64,000 bases of DNA from assembly GCF_006345805.1 (NCBI RefSeq), contig NC_043003.1, forward strand, positions 56,854,001-56,918,000, given 5' to 3'. Of this stretch, positions 26,626-39,334 are shown piece after piece (position 1 is the stretch's first letter; the number at the start of each line of letters is the position of its first letter). A program made the translations under genes and the position numbers. The DNA comes from Octopus sinensis. Its lineage: Eukaryota. The notes beneath the pieces were generated by a model. It was not told where the DNA came from. It did not search any database and saw nothing but the letters and a program-made list of their open reading frames with translations.

Positions 26626-27603
26626 TATATTTGTTGTGAATTCTCAATCGCTGTTTTCTGAACACATGGCAACAATAATTATATGCCATTTTATTTCCTG
26701 TGCTAGCTTTTTCAGTGCTTTGGTGAATATGAATGAAAAACTTTTTTAATTGGTTTGAAGAGAGTAACATACTGATAATTTATTGTTCTCAAATAGCACA
26801 ATTTTATGTAAAATGAAGTCATTGAATTCCTCCTGTATGTACCATTGTTATATTCTTTCTCATATTTCAACCCCGTCCTGAAAACATACTATTACTGTAG
26901 CATTGCCTTAATGTGTCTTGCCCGAATGCATATTCCGATGTAGTGCTTATTTCATCGACATTTATTTGTTTAATGACGAAGTGTTACAGTAAATGTATGA
27001 AATAACTAAACACGAATGCAATGTGTTTACCTGTATACATGTGTGTGTTAGTGCTTGTGTGGGAGCATGTCGTGCAAGTGCATGTGCAAATAATGGACGA
27101 GATTCTGCCATGAGTCCATCTGTAAAATTTCAAAAACAACTGATATAGTTACGTAATTGTTAATTTCTCTTACTTCTCAATAATAAACTATTGAATAATG
27201 TATTCTATTATCTCATAATTTAGCCAATATATTATAAACATTCTTATTAAGAGGGCATTTGTGTTTCTGCCTGCTAATTTATAGCATTAAAATTATATAA
27301 AAGTGATGTGTATGCTTGTAAAAATAACTGGCGAATGATTGATATTCTCGTGCACAAATTATGGTTGAATTAGAGTTAACATATATCATGCAGGGAGCTT
27401 TTAAAAAACTAAAAATGCTTGCAAATACATATCATACAATTACTCTATGAAAGACATTAAGAGAATATTCATAGACAGTAAAACTATATGTATTTTACTT
27501 TTTTGTATACATACAACAAAAATAAACAACTTCCGATCTAACTGGTACAATAATTCAATAATGCTTAAAAAGCACATACTTTGTAAGAACAGGTTTCAAA
27601 TAG

Positions 27604-27754
27604 GTTATATCGAACCGAGAAGTATAACATCTTTGATGACAATTTTAATGAAAGGGTGGATTCCACAAATCTACTTTTAGAAGAGATTTTAAAAAACAAA
27701 ACATTGACAATACAAGAGTTAAATAGAATAAATTTGGTTACACAATATGATTGA
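27604..27754 (+). CDS. Candidate exon (3' boundary unresolved)
   Basis: Open frame LYRTEKYNIFDDNFNERVDSTNLLLEEILKNKTLTIQELNRINLVTQYD*; no strong donor before the stop. Confidence 0.2.
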
Positions 27755-28222
27755 CATATTAACTGTGCATATCGTGTTGCAGAAAATATTGAAAACGTAC
27801 ATGAATATGTTTGTGTTATATCAGTACAATAAGTTGTTTTACAGGAAATGTTCAAATTTCTAGTTAATAAAATCAAGTTGCCCAAGTGGATAATGGCCAG
27901 CAGCAAACAGAAACGTAATACATATATATGATGTTGTTTCAAACAAGTAAACGTTATTCGTAGGATGTAAATACCAGAGGCAACTGTTAACTAGCAGAAA
28001 AAAATGAAACAGGTGATGTGTTATTTCTCGAGTCAAAACGGGAAGAGTGAGTGAAAAGCTTACAAATTCGCGTAAGCAAACGTTTCCTGTAGATATAACC
28101 AATAACTCAATTAATATCTGTGTATTTAAATGAAGTAATTACCGAATCAGTGAAAATCATTTTAGTTAACGACAAATGATACTTTGCTCTCACCACAAAG
28201 TTAATTCTATTTGGTATTTCAG

Positions 28223-28354
28223 GGTTTTGCATTAGATTTCTCAAAAGAAACTCACAATATCCGTATCCCTGCTTACAATACAGACATCTGGGAACATAGC
28301 CAAATACGTTTTTCTCATGAGCTACAATATTATCGGAAGCATATTCGTGGTTGC
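28223..28354 (+). CDS. Candidate internal exon
   Basis: Acceptor TTTGGTATTTCAG, 132 bp, phase 0/0, only one open frame, GFALDFSKETHNIRIPAYNTDIWEHSQIRFSHELQYYRKHIRGC; GTATGT donor. Confidence 0.45.
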
Positions 28355-28432
28355 GTATGTAACTCCTTATCACTGAATTGTCTATTTAATCAAATGTCCT
28401 TAAGTGACACATATTTTGATTTATTTTTTTAG

Positions 28433-28459
28433 TTCGAGGATTTGGGTATTCACAAATAA
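28433..28459 (+). CDS. Candidate last coding exon (FEDLGIHK*)
   Basis: Strong TTATTTTTTTAG acceptor 78 bp after the 28354 donor; phase 0 gives a short stop-terminated frame; another frame is also open. Confidence 0.25.
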   Translation, partial: FEDLGIHK

Positions 28460-29449
28460 GACTTTTGCATATAATTTGTTGTTTAAAATGTCCAAATGCA
28501 TAAATGGACAATGTCCAGTCATAAAAAGAGAATTTAACGTACGTATTTCGAAACAGAAGAATTTGTTCTGTCGATTTAATTGCATGGGTATAGTTGACTA
28601 AGAGAAAGAAAGTGATCGAAATTAAGCATGATGTTAGCTGGCAATGGAAAATATGAAGAGAGAAAAAGTATTTTACTAATACATATCAGTAAATGTTTGA
28701 TTCGGATATAACCAACAATTAAGTTTGTATCAACGACAACGAAACTTATTACATTTCTATCACCGTCTAATTGAAATTATTTCAAATTTATCTTTTACAT
28801 TAACACAAAGACACGAAATTACTGTATGTTCAAAGCACAGATTATACTTCCCCAAGAACAGACTATCCTTCACTGATGAGTTGTTATAAATACAGAAACA
28901 ATTTCAGGTTCGGACCTTAGAAGCTTAACATTAAATTATATATTTAATTAAATCTGATTTATTTAAATTCTGAGTTGTTTCTCTAATTATTTTATCACAC
29001 CTTGCTAGTAATGCAATAACCTTTTTCACATGAAATTTGATGCATAAAATGTGGATTAAATTTGAATTGAGTAACTAATCTCCTTTACATTTGCATCCTC
29101 CTTACTATCTAACATTCATTCAGTAGCGATCCCGGTTATTTTTGCTTAAGTCATTTTAAAAAACATATTGCTTTCTCTGCAAATGATTGGCCCTAAATCC
29201 ATGCACAATGTTAAATTTTTTATTAGATTATGGGTATTATTGAATAAACTTGCTATTATTAACAAAATCTGTTCACTCCTCTTTTTTCAGAGTGCGTGAT
29301 AACATTTCAACATTTTTAATGTTACATAGAATAAAACTTCTGTATAACTAATGATTATGTAGGCTCTCGATGTTTTGAGTTGAAAGTAGGAACTATTGTT
29401 TCTGGTAAGAAAATTCTTCGTAAACAACTGAAAATTTAGCTGATTGAAT

Positions 29450-29860
29450 GAATGACGCCAGTAAAATCTAGGCATTGAATTTATTTGTAACAATTGATGG
29501 ATTTTCAAGTGAAGACGTCACTACAAAGCTGTCCAATCAGATTTGTTGTGGGTCTTGTAAATAGAAATTATTCTATAAACCACACAGTGTCGCATAGAGA
29601 AGAGACCAGGTGCACAACATTGTTGTGTGTTATGTTTGGCGAAGTTTATATCAGATGTTCTTTAGCAACCAGTCTTGTCAGCATGAAGAGTTTGTGACAC
29701 AAACGACTAAGACCACTGTTAAAAACAATTACACTAAGCCAAGGTCACGAGTCACTCAAGCTCTTTCGACCGTCCATTTCTCTTCCTCTCACTATATATC
29801 TCCACTAGACATAACCACAAAGCATTTCCAACCAAAGCGCTGAACAATGGGAACTTTCTA
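29450..29860 (+). promoter_or_regulatory. Candidate promoter-like island
   Basis: GACGTCA 29514-29520, CCAAT 29533-29537 and TATAAA 29574-29579 in canonical order; GGGAACTTTC 29849-29858. Confidence 0.3.
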
Positions 29861-31335
29861 TCATTATATTTGGACGTTTACTTCGAATATAAAGGAATTT
29901 TCTCTTCATTGATGCTAAAATTATTCTGCGTTCGTGTTGGGACTGAAACATTTCGAAGGAAAGAATATAGTCTACAATGGTACTTTCTTTATCGAATATA
30001 GATATATAAACTCATAGATTTTCAATCGCACTCACATCAACTCACATTTTGTCTTACTGTCTTTTCAGCAAGTACGTGCATGGCATGTAGAAGGACACAT
30101 TTAGAGCATAAATATCTTCTAGAGAGAAATTTAGCCAATGCCTCTTTACTTCTCGTATTTTACAATATTGTGAATATCTTTTCCGCTTCTAATTAACGTT
30201 TACCAAAACTTCACAAATTTCAACTAGCTAATTTCGGTATTTGTGGAAGAAGATTAGAAATCTAAGCTTTTTAGAAACAGCGTAGAGTATAAATATCTAT
30301 AATACATACAATGTCTAACGATTCTAATAAAGCAAAGCGAAAAATTAAATTAAATCCTAAAACGAATGAATACCTCCCTATAGAAATATTCAAATAATAT
30401 GCTGTAAGCAGAATTTAAATCTCAATTACCATGACAAGACTTCAGCCGCAAGTAAATATATAGATGTGATGAGTAAATTATAGCCAGATGATACTCGATA
30501 TTCAAAAATAGTGCCTCATCTGAGTTCTACTCTTAATGTTTATTTATTATGATACCAAATTTTATAAAATAACGAAGATTCTTTGATGGCATAAACTTAC
30601 AATAAAAGGAATATGACTCGGCATACACTTGCTACGTGTGCGTGGTTCTATGTGTTACGTATGTTTATAATTTATTATTGAAACAGTGGAGTGATATCCT
30701 CCCTCGTCAAGTCTACACCAGTTTCGAATCTTGATCACGGCAATCATCACTTAAATCTCCTCTTTTTTAATTGTTACAGAACAATATATTTTCGCGAAAC
30801 AACGTATTGGCAGACATTAAACTCTGTCACTCTATATCGTTACCTTTATTAATTCTACATTACGAAATCTGCTTACTCAGATAAATAGTTTCTTGTAAGT
30901 TTTCAAAACGAAAATACGTGCTTGTATTCCCGTCGGCAATCAATATTTACACTGACACGTCGAATTAAATTGAGACAATGTACACGAAAGCTATTTTAAT
31001 GTAACCTATATACATTTTTATATTGAATAAATGGATTGTCATCGTCTCTGATGATAAGCTTGTATTGTTTCTCCGATTTCTGCAACTGGCCTGTGTCTAT
31101 AATTTAAAGACCTAAAATTTACAAATACATACTCACACTTAATATGTCTGTGTGCGTGTGTGCGTGTGTGTGTTTGAATGTGTATGTATGTATGTATGTA
31201 TCTATCTATCTATCTATCTGTCTATATATAGATATATATATATATATATATATATACATACATATATGTGCATATATATACAAATATATATATGCATACA
31301 TATATACATATATATATACCATGCATATATACATA

Positions 31336-31409
<74 letters not shown>

Positions 31410-32370
31410 TACATATATGTATATATATATATATATCCATACACACATACACACACATATATTTATAGATACATACTTTTCTGTTACGGACAACCACTTG
31501 TAAATTTGAAAGTATAACTTAGATCTATCCTTAACGGAATAACATTTCCTAAATATTAATTTAGTGCATAATTTCTCTCTGCATTTTAATATAATAATGT
31601 ACTAAGCGGCTATTTCCCTCCGGTAGAGTCCAGTATTGTATATTGTCTGCATTCATTGCTTCATCCTTTATTTTTTTGTTCAGACTTGTAAATTTGATAT
31701 ATATCTCAGATATATTTAAAAAATGCTATATCCATAACCGTAGGTACTATTCCTCACCAATTCATTAGTATATGATTACTATACTTACATATGACTAGAA
31801 TCTTAGACAATTCATTCCTTAAATATTTTTATTTTTTGTTCTTATTTGTCTTTCATTTTATTGATAGATTTAAAGGCCATGAACAACGCCATTGTTTTCC
31901 AATGTTATCGAACCAATTAAGTTATAGGATTAATTATTGTCTCACCCTACTCTTCATTGGGTTTTAGGATGAGGTTTATGTTAATAAGTAATAAGTAATA
32001 ATATCGCACTAAGGTTTTACCCAAATTATTCTTTCGTTGATATACTTATGTATTGATTTCCCAAAACAAGCTCACATTAGCTTACTTTCTCAATTCTTTT
32101 TATGATGCTCTAGTAAATAAATGTTAGCCTCAAACTTTTGACCCCTGTGATGTGGACCATCCCATTAATCTCACTCCACAACATCATACCCGCGTATGGC
32201 TGTGAGTGTGTATATCTGTATATGCATAGGCCGAGAAGCCACCTATGACTCCTGCGCGCACATACGAACACACGAACATATGCATTCATACATACGACTA
32301 CATATATACGTATACAGGTGTGGGTGTGCCTGTATTTATCTACGCATGCATTCACGCCCACATGTATTTT

Positions 32371-33041
32371 TTTTCTACTCTAGTCACAAAGCCCGGAATT
32401 TTGGGGGAGAGGACCAGTGGATTGGATCGACCAAAGTACGCAACTGGTACTTAAATTTATCGACTTCGAAAGGATGAAAGACAAAGTCCACCTCGGCGGA
32501 ATTGGAACTCAGGGTGTAAAGACAGACGAAACGACCACAAATATTATTTTCTCCTTTAGGCACAAGGCCTGAAAGTTTTGGGGAGGGGGCCAGTCGACTA
32601 GATCAACCCCAGTACGGAACTGGTACTTAATTTTATCGACCCCGAAAGGATGAAAGATAAAGTCGAGCTCGGCGGAATTTGAACTCAGAACGTAAAGACA
32701 GACGAAATACCGCTAAGAATTTCGCCCGGCGTGCTAACGTCTCTTGGCACAAGGCCCGACATTTTGGGGGAGAGGGCCAGTCGTTTAGATCGACCCCAAC
32801 ACGCAGCTGTTACTTGATTTATCGACCTCGAAAGGGTAAAAGGCGAAGTCGACCTCGACGGACTTTGAACTCAGAACGTAAAGCCAGACGAAATAACGCT
32901 AGGCATTTCGCCCGGCGTGCTAACGTCTCTACCGGCTCGCGGACTAAACGCCCACAGGGGCTAAACAGACAAAGGGACTACAACGTAACGGCAGACGAAA
33001 TTCAGCTAAGCATTTCACCCGGAGTGCCAGTTCGCCGCCTT
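32371..33041 (-). mobile_element. SINE family A, head-to-tail array of four units
   Basis: Units at about 32371-32540, 32548-32743, 32744-32940 and a deleted unit at 32941-33041. Confidence 0.85.
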
Positions 33042-33823
33042 AACGCCTACACATATCAAGACTACTTAACGTACTAATAACATTTCAAGAGGAGTAGCAT
33101 TGAGCTGACTTGAAGAACTTGCATATGATTACTATACTTACATATGACTAGAATCTTGAGAAAATATAAGCAATAGGTAAGTTAGTGTCTACATATTTAA
33201 TAAACGAACAATTAAGTAACTTAACTTGATTAACAATAAAAAATATTTTCATTGTCTGGCTAAATTCTTTCTTTTTTTCCCACACCGAAATTCTTGTTAA
33301 CTTTTTTAGTGCTGATTGCATCAGATTAGTTTCTACGAAGTTGCAATACTACACGATGCCTGCGGCAATTTGAAAATACTTTTAGTGTGCGTTTCATTCG
33401 AATGGAACGGAATCATGTTCGAATTTCTGAACCAGCTCCGTTCAAACAATTCACACAGTTCATTTTATATTTTAATAAATTCTAAGTAATAAAATTCCTA
33501 CTTTATCCATCCTTGACTTTTTGACCCTATCTATCATTACGACATCGGATTTCGTTTCCTGTCCGGCATTTTATTTAAATTAATTTCTCCTCACTGACTA
33601 TGTCGGGTGATTTAACATTCTGGTATCTTTTCCCTTTGTACGGCAGATCGAGAAATTAATTAACTAAACACTTTCAAACTTCAGACACTGGTTGAATGTG
33701 TCATATAAAACATCTTTTACTCTTAGTGTTGTTGAGATAAGTTATATTTTCAAAGTTATTTCGTGTTAAAGTAGTCGTATTTCGGTCATTTCAACCAATC
33801 AATGCCGTGTATTCAACGTGTAT

Positions 33824-34300
33824 TTCGTCTGCCGTTACGTTCTGAGTTCAAATTCCGCCGAGGTCCACATTGCCTCTCATCCTTTCGGGGTCGATTAAAT
33901 AAGTACCAGTTACGCACTGGGGTCGATATAATCGACTTAATCCATTTGTCTGTCCTTTTTTTGTCTCCCCTGTGTTTAGCCCCTTGTAGGTAGTAAAGAA
34001 ATAGGTTATTTGACGTTAACTACATGAAAAGATGTTTCTCTGAGGTTAAAATGTTATAATATGTTCTGTATAGAATGAACAATCATTTTGTCTGTCCTTA
34101 TTTGTCCCCTCTGTGTGTAGCCCCTTGTGGGCTGTAAAGAAATAGGTATTTCGTTAATCTTTACGATCTGAGTTCAAATTCCGCTGACGTTATATTTCCC
34201 TTTCATGATTTCAGGTTCAGTTGATAAGTACCAGTTCAGCCCTTGGTACGATGTAATCGACTTACTCTCTCCCCATAATTTGCTAGCCTTGTTTTAAGAT
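33824..34300 (+). mobile_element. SINE family A, tandem partial units
   Basis: Core plus tail, a second tail, then a further core. Confidence 0.8.
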
Positions 34301-34339
34301 AACATGATTAGACGCAAGTCTTTCCGTGACATGTATATC

Positions 34340-34598
34340 AAATAATGTATTTGCTATAGATGTTATTATTCCACGTTGCTCCAGTTCACTCAGCTGTATA
34401 AATGAGTTGCGACGTCACTGGTGCCAAGCTGTATTGACCTTTGTCTTTCCCTTGGATAACACTGGTGGCGTGGAGAGGGGAGGCTGGTATGCATGGGCGA
34501 CTGCTAATCTTCCATAAACAACCTTGCCCGGACTTGTGTCTAGGAGGGTAACTTTCTAGGTGCAATCCCATGGTCATTCATGACCGAAGGGGGTCTGT
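34340..34598 (+). mobile_element. SINE family C, 5'-truncated
   Basis: Matches the body and tail of 19854-20186. Confidence 0.8.
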
Positions 34599-35339
34599 AC
34601 CCCCCCCCCTTATTATTCTGAAAATACCAGCTGGCTGTCATTCGTGATTGCCTAGCGTTGAGTCCTTTACGGTTTTAGTTCACCTTTTTACCCATTTTAT
34701 AATGTGGAACATTATCTGTGATTACGCTTTTCTAATCAGGCACATTATATTACAGGCTGAAAGTCACCTTTTACTAAAATTTAATATTCTCTATACATTT
34801 TAGAGAATACAATATTCTCTATATTTTATCAATACCGTAGAGATTGCAGATAAAATACATTTAAAAGAGTAAAAAATAGATATGAATGTATTTTGGGCAT
34901 AGTGAGTAAAATGATACAAGCTACAACGTAGAACTAAGGCCTCAACTTCAATGTCCGCCAGGTTACTTTTAAATTAAAGATATAGTCATTGATTGACGGC
35001 TGGCATCATCCTTCTCAACAATTTATTAAAATGAATATAATATATTATTGAAATATGACTACATACATACATCCATGATGCGAAAAAGACGGTTTCGTAA
35101 TTTCATGTGAACAAGTGTCACAAATGACTTCTTTATAGTGATCAACAGTGAGTGTTGTATATCAGCTCGGCGTGGCCTGAGCAGGTGCACGGTGTACCAT
35201 GCATCAGGTGCCGATTTGATCGTTGAGCAATGGGAAATGAAGTGTTTAACTCAATGACATGACGCAACACCCGGTCCAGGAATTGAAACCACTATCTAGC
35301 GATCATCAGTGCAAAAACTAATGCATGCGCTCTCTCATG

Positions 35340-35432
<93 letters not shown>

Positions 35433-35434
<2 letters not shown>

Positions 35435-35632
35435 GTGACCGCGTGTGTACCGTTGGGGATTTTTTTTCCTCCGGCTTCCCTTCTTTGGATCTTTACTTTT
35501 TCTATGTTTCTGACTAAGAGCTCCGCTCGAAACGTTAAATCCTCCTTCTTTCCCGAGCGTCCAATAATACTATACTTGTTCCACGTCCTCGCGTTGTTGT
35601 GTTTTCTCTTTGTGTTTTCATGTTTAGATAAC

Positions 35633-35635
<3 letters not shown>
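35433..35635 (+). repeat. Microsatellite-embedded repeat with hammerhead-like motif (Penelope pLTR-like)
   Basis: CTGAC(T)AAGAGC-TCC-GCTC-GAAAC at 35510-35533; homologous to 41720-41910. Confidence 0.55.
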
Positions 35636-35725
<90 letters not shown>

Positions 35726-36205
35726 CATTACAGATATAGGGTGAAAGATAATTAATTTAATAAAATCAACAAATTTCACCTAGTAGTTTTTCGGTGTCGT
35801 CGGTCTTAGCTGGCCGAAATTTCTAAGTCACTGTCAACAATATTCTTGTATAAGAATAATGAATATCTGTTCTCTGTAAATATATAGAGTAACTTATCAA
35901 ATTAACGGGGAATTGTTTTCATTATAACTGAACATAAATACCAACATTAATAAATTTTTATATATAGAAATCTATACTTAACACAGATGAGCACATGTAC
36001 CCGCATACACACTACCCCTGATATCCGCGCTGATTTGTAGTTTCTATTTACGAAAATATATCACCTAATCCAACATTGGTATCAAATAAAAATGCGTCTA
36101 TAATAGACAAAACGTAAGTGTTAAATTTAGATATTTCGCAACTACGAAAGACTAGTTACGTAATATATGCATTTTAGATTACCACGTCTCTGTTTTTAAT
36201 CGCAG

Positions 36206-36345
36206 CTTTACATCAGAGAAGAAAAGAAGGACTTGGAAGATATGATGGGGGTTGCCGCGGCAATCTAGATGCTATTCTGCTTAGCACGTTTTGTCTTATA
36301 ATTTCTCTCATATATATAAATGTATTTATTCGCTTTGCTACTTGA
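36206..36345 (+). CDS. Candidate terminal coding exon with hydrophobic C-terminus
   Basis: Strong acceptor GTCTCTGTTTTTAATCGCAG; frame LHQRRKEGLGRYDGGCRGNLDAILLSTFCLIISLIYINVFIRFAT*. Confidence 0.35.
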
Positions 36346-36650
36346 AAATGTTCGACAACGTTTAACCAGAATGTTTACATATGTTTAATATATTTTAGAA
36401 GTTTTTCATAACCAATTTCTAATATCTCAGATTCACAAAATCATTTTATAAGTATCTAAATCACTGAGATATTCCAAGTATTCAATACTATTCATATGCC
36501 TGATTGACTTTAGAAGTTCAGGTAAATATGAAGTACAAGTAGATAAAAAATTAATGATACGACAAAACATGATTTTTAAGATACACAGTGACTATAACTC
36601 TTTATAGATGGACATCCTCGAATAAAGGATGAATACAACATAGAGAAAGC

Positions 36651-36868
36651 GGCAAGCTGGCAGAAACGTTAGCACGCCGGGCGAAATGTGTAGCCGTAAT
36701 TCGTCTGCCGTTACGTTCTGAGTTCAAATTACGCCGAGGTAGACTTTGCCTTTCATCCTTTCGGGGTCGATAAATTAAGTACTGGGGTCGATATAATCGA
36801 CTTAATCCGTTTGTCTGTCCTTGTTTGTCCACTCTATGTTTAGCCCCTTGTGGGTAATAAAGAAACAT
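36651..36868 (+). mobile_element. SINE family A, full-length monomer
   Basis: Head, B-box, core, tail ending GTAATAAAGAAAC. Confidence 0.9.
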
Positions 36869-37568
36869 ATATCAATAGAACATAGAAGTTGAATAATGTC
36901 TACGTTGAAACGGGTGAGTTTGGGCTCAGAATGTAATGGAAAACTTAACAAAAAACTTAACATAAAAGAGTAGAATAGTAAGAGATAGCAGCATGAAAAT
37001 ATTTTGACAACAGTTGTCTAGTAAAATCACAGAGCCATTATACATACATGTGATGAACATATAAACATTTGAATTCAACATCACACCGCAGAAAAACTAG
37101 ATTAAAATTTGTTGATGGTAGTAACAGGATATACGTTAAACAATAGCGCATATTTATCATTCGCTATGTTCTAAGAATTTGCATCTAATTTTCTACCTGA
37201 ATTCAAGACCAGTTGGGATAAGTCAGAAAATCATGAGCATGCCTTGGGACGCCTAGTGCATTCTAAATCATTGTCTTAATTTAATGTCATTTTAAATGAC
37301 AAATTTATGTATTTACTTACAGCTGCAATTAGCTAGAGAGTATGAAAGCATAAGCTTTTAGCCAGGCTAAATGAGATTTAAATTTCACTCATCACATATT
37401 CTATTATCCTTCCTTTCTAGTTTAAAAATGTATTAATCTCTTCTAAAATTTTAAAATTATTCTCTAATATTCTCGTTGATTACATATTTTACAAAATATA
37501 ATTTCTACACTGTACTTCAAAACTTATATTTGCAAATGTCCTTGTCAAGTATCTAAACTCTATAAATA

Positions 37569-38515
37569 TTGGGTTGTCCGGAAAGTTCGTACCGATTTAT
37601 AGTAGCTTACCTTTCGACTTATTTTAGAACTTGGTTGAGTCTATAAAATAGGATTTGACTACACCTCCATTTAGAGCACAGTTTAAGCTATTGGGAAAAA
37701 GTAGAAATACCAGATAGCTGGCTTGAGGGAATGGAAGTGGTATTGTCTAAAATCAGGTGGAGGAACTTAAAGATGAATTTGGAAATGTATATATGTTAAT
37801 AAGGGGAAGGTTCGAACAGGAAAAGAGGGACAAACTAGAAATAATATATGAGATAAAATATGGGGACTTAGTGATTTTCGCAGTGAAATAGGAAAAAGGA
37901 CAAGTAAGGGATGCTGATTGATGGGGCAGTTAACATCACTTTCATCCTTCATTTTTTACCCTTTTTCTCATCTTATCATACGATTATTTTTTTCATGTTC
38001 TGTATCTCCATTGTGTTGCAGTGTCCCCTCTGTGTAGAACCGTATGGTGAATAGAGCACAGATGAAGCTATCTTTTCGTGGAAGAAGGTTTATGTTCCTA
38101 TAATCTGTGTTAATTCTGTAACCCTTTAAAATGGAAGATAAGAAAGTTGATTTTCGGCATTTGATGCTTTCAGAACCAGACGAAAATTGCTGCAGCTCGG
38201 CTGGGATGTGTTACCCCACCCTCCATATTCACCAGATATTGCTCCTTCGGATTTCCACTTACTCAGGTCTCTGCAGAATAGTCTTAATGGTAAAAAATTT
38301 CAATTCCTTGGATGACGTAAAAATATACCTTGATGAATTCTTTGCCATGAAACCACCTCAATTCTGGGAAGAGGGTATCTTCAAGTTAAAGGAAAGATGA
38401 AGACGCATTGTGAAACAAAATGATTCATATTTGGTTGATTAAAAATGTAATGGCAATTATTTATTGGCCTTTTTCTTTTCTTTAATAACCGGTACGAAAT
38501 TTCCGGACAACACAA
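37569..38515 (+). mobile_element. Internally deleted mariner element
   Basis: TIRs TTGGGTTGTCCGGAAAGTTCGTACCG / CGGTACGAAATTTCCGGACAACACAA with TA flanks; MEDKKVDFRHLML fused to ..LPHPPYSPDIAPSDFH.. Confidence 0.9.
37692..38051 (+). mobile_element. 360-bp insertion nested in the mariner, probably a LINE 3' end
   Basis: Flanked by a 20-bp direct repeat with 2 mismatches, TAGAGCACAG(TTT/ATG)AAGCTAT, at 37672-37691 and 38052-38071. Confidence 0.55.
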
Positions 38516-39334
38516 TATTTAATGTGTTAAAAACTATGGAGAAGTTGGAATTTGATAAGTTTTGGTAAAATGAAATTCAAATGGAAAGCGATATTCATTA
38601 TACAGCAAAATTTAATTTCTAAACAATGAACAACAGCACAATTCTTTTGTAGAGGGTTACTAATCATGCACCAAAAACCGATTCGAGTACATGATTAGTA
38701 CATATGTTAATCGATTGCAGAAAGGTAAATTCTAAGTTGAAACAGGCATTGATTTAACGGAGAATATCACAAAACAATGTAAGACATCTTGATCAGTGTA
38801 AGGAAGCAGTTGTCTAATCACTTTTCCGCCTGAATGTCAAAAAGGCTCTGTAAACTCTTAGACTATGTCATAATATTACACACTTTACGTAAGCCAGCGG
38901 GGCACTCTCTGAGCGCTCTAATATTTTCACAGTGAACGTACTAGCCGCCTCGGACACTCGGCAAAGAGAACTCTTGTGTCCGTAGATAGAAAAAGAAAGA
39001 AAATGGAATGTACAAGATTTCTTTTTTTATTATTCACTATTTTTGCTTCGACTCATTGTACATTAGTCCCTCACGGATGGGATCCAGTACAAACAGCTGT
39101 GGTGCATCATTGGTACAGATGTATCTCGTCGGGTTACATCTAGAAATGTACCTGGTTTTTTTAATATGGCTTTCGCTAATATTGATTAGAATACAATTTG
39201 GCAGTTGTCCGTAACTAAACACATTACCGAGAAACTTGTGTTAAATTGAAGAACACTTCTCGTAAAAGTAATAAATTTATTACCCAGGATATATTACATA
39301 CATACATATATATATTTCTCATTGCTCTTAGACC

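Noticed and set aside
27565-27942. 125-aa minus-strand ORF with a signal-peptide-like start
   Set aside because: It is antisense to better-supported plus-strand exon candidates, has no supporting splice or promoter signals, and hydrophobic starts are common in AT-rich DNA. Not excluded outright.
29291-29404. 114-bp exon-like segment with a strong acceptor and a GTAAGA donor
   Set aside because: Stops occur in all three frames; at most a non-coding exon.
32371-33041. CRISPR-like repeat-spacer array
   Set aside because: The units are 170-200 bp SINE copies with no unique spacers; the context is eukaryotic and there are no cas genes.
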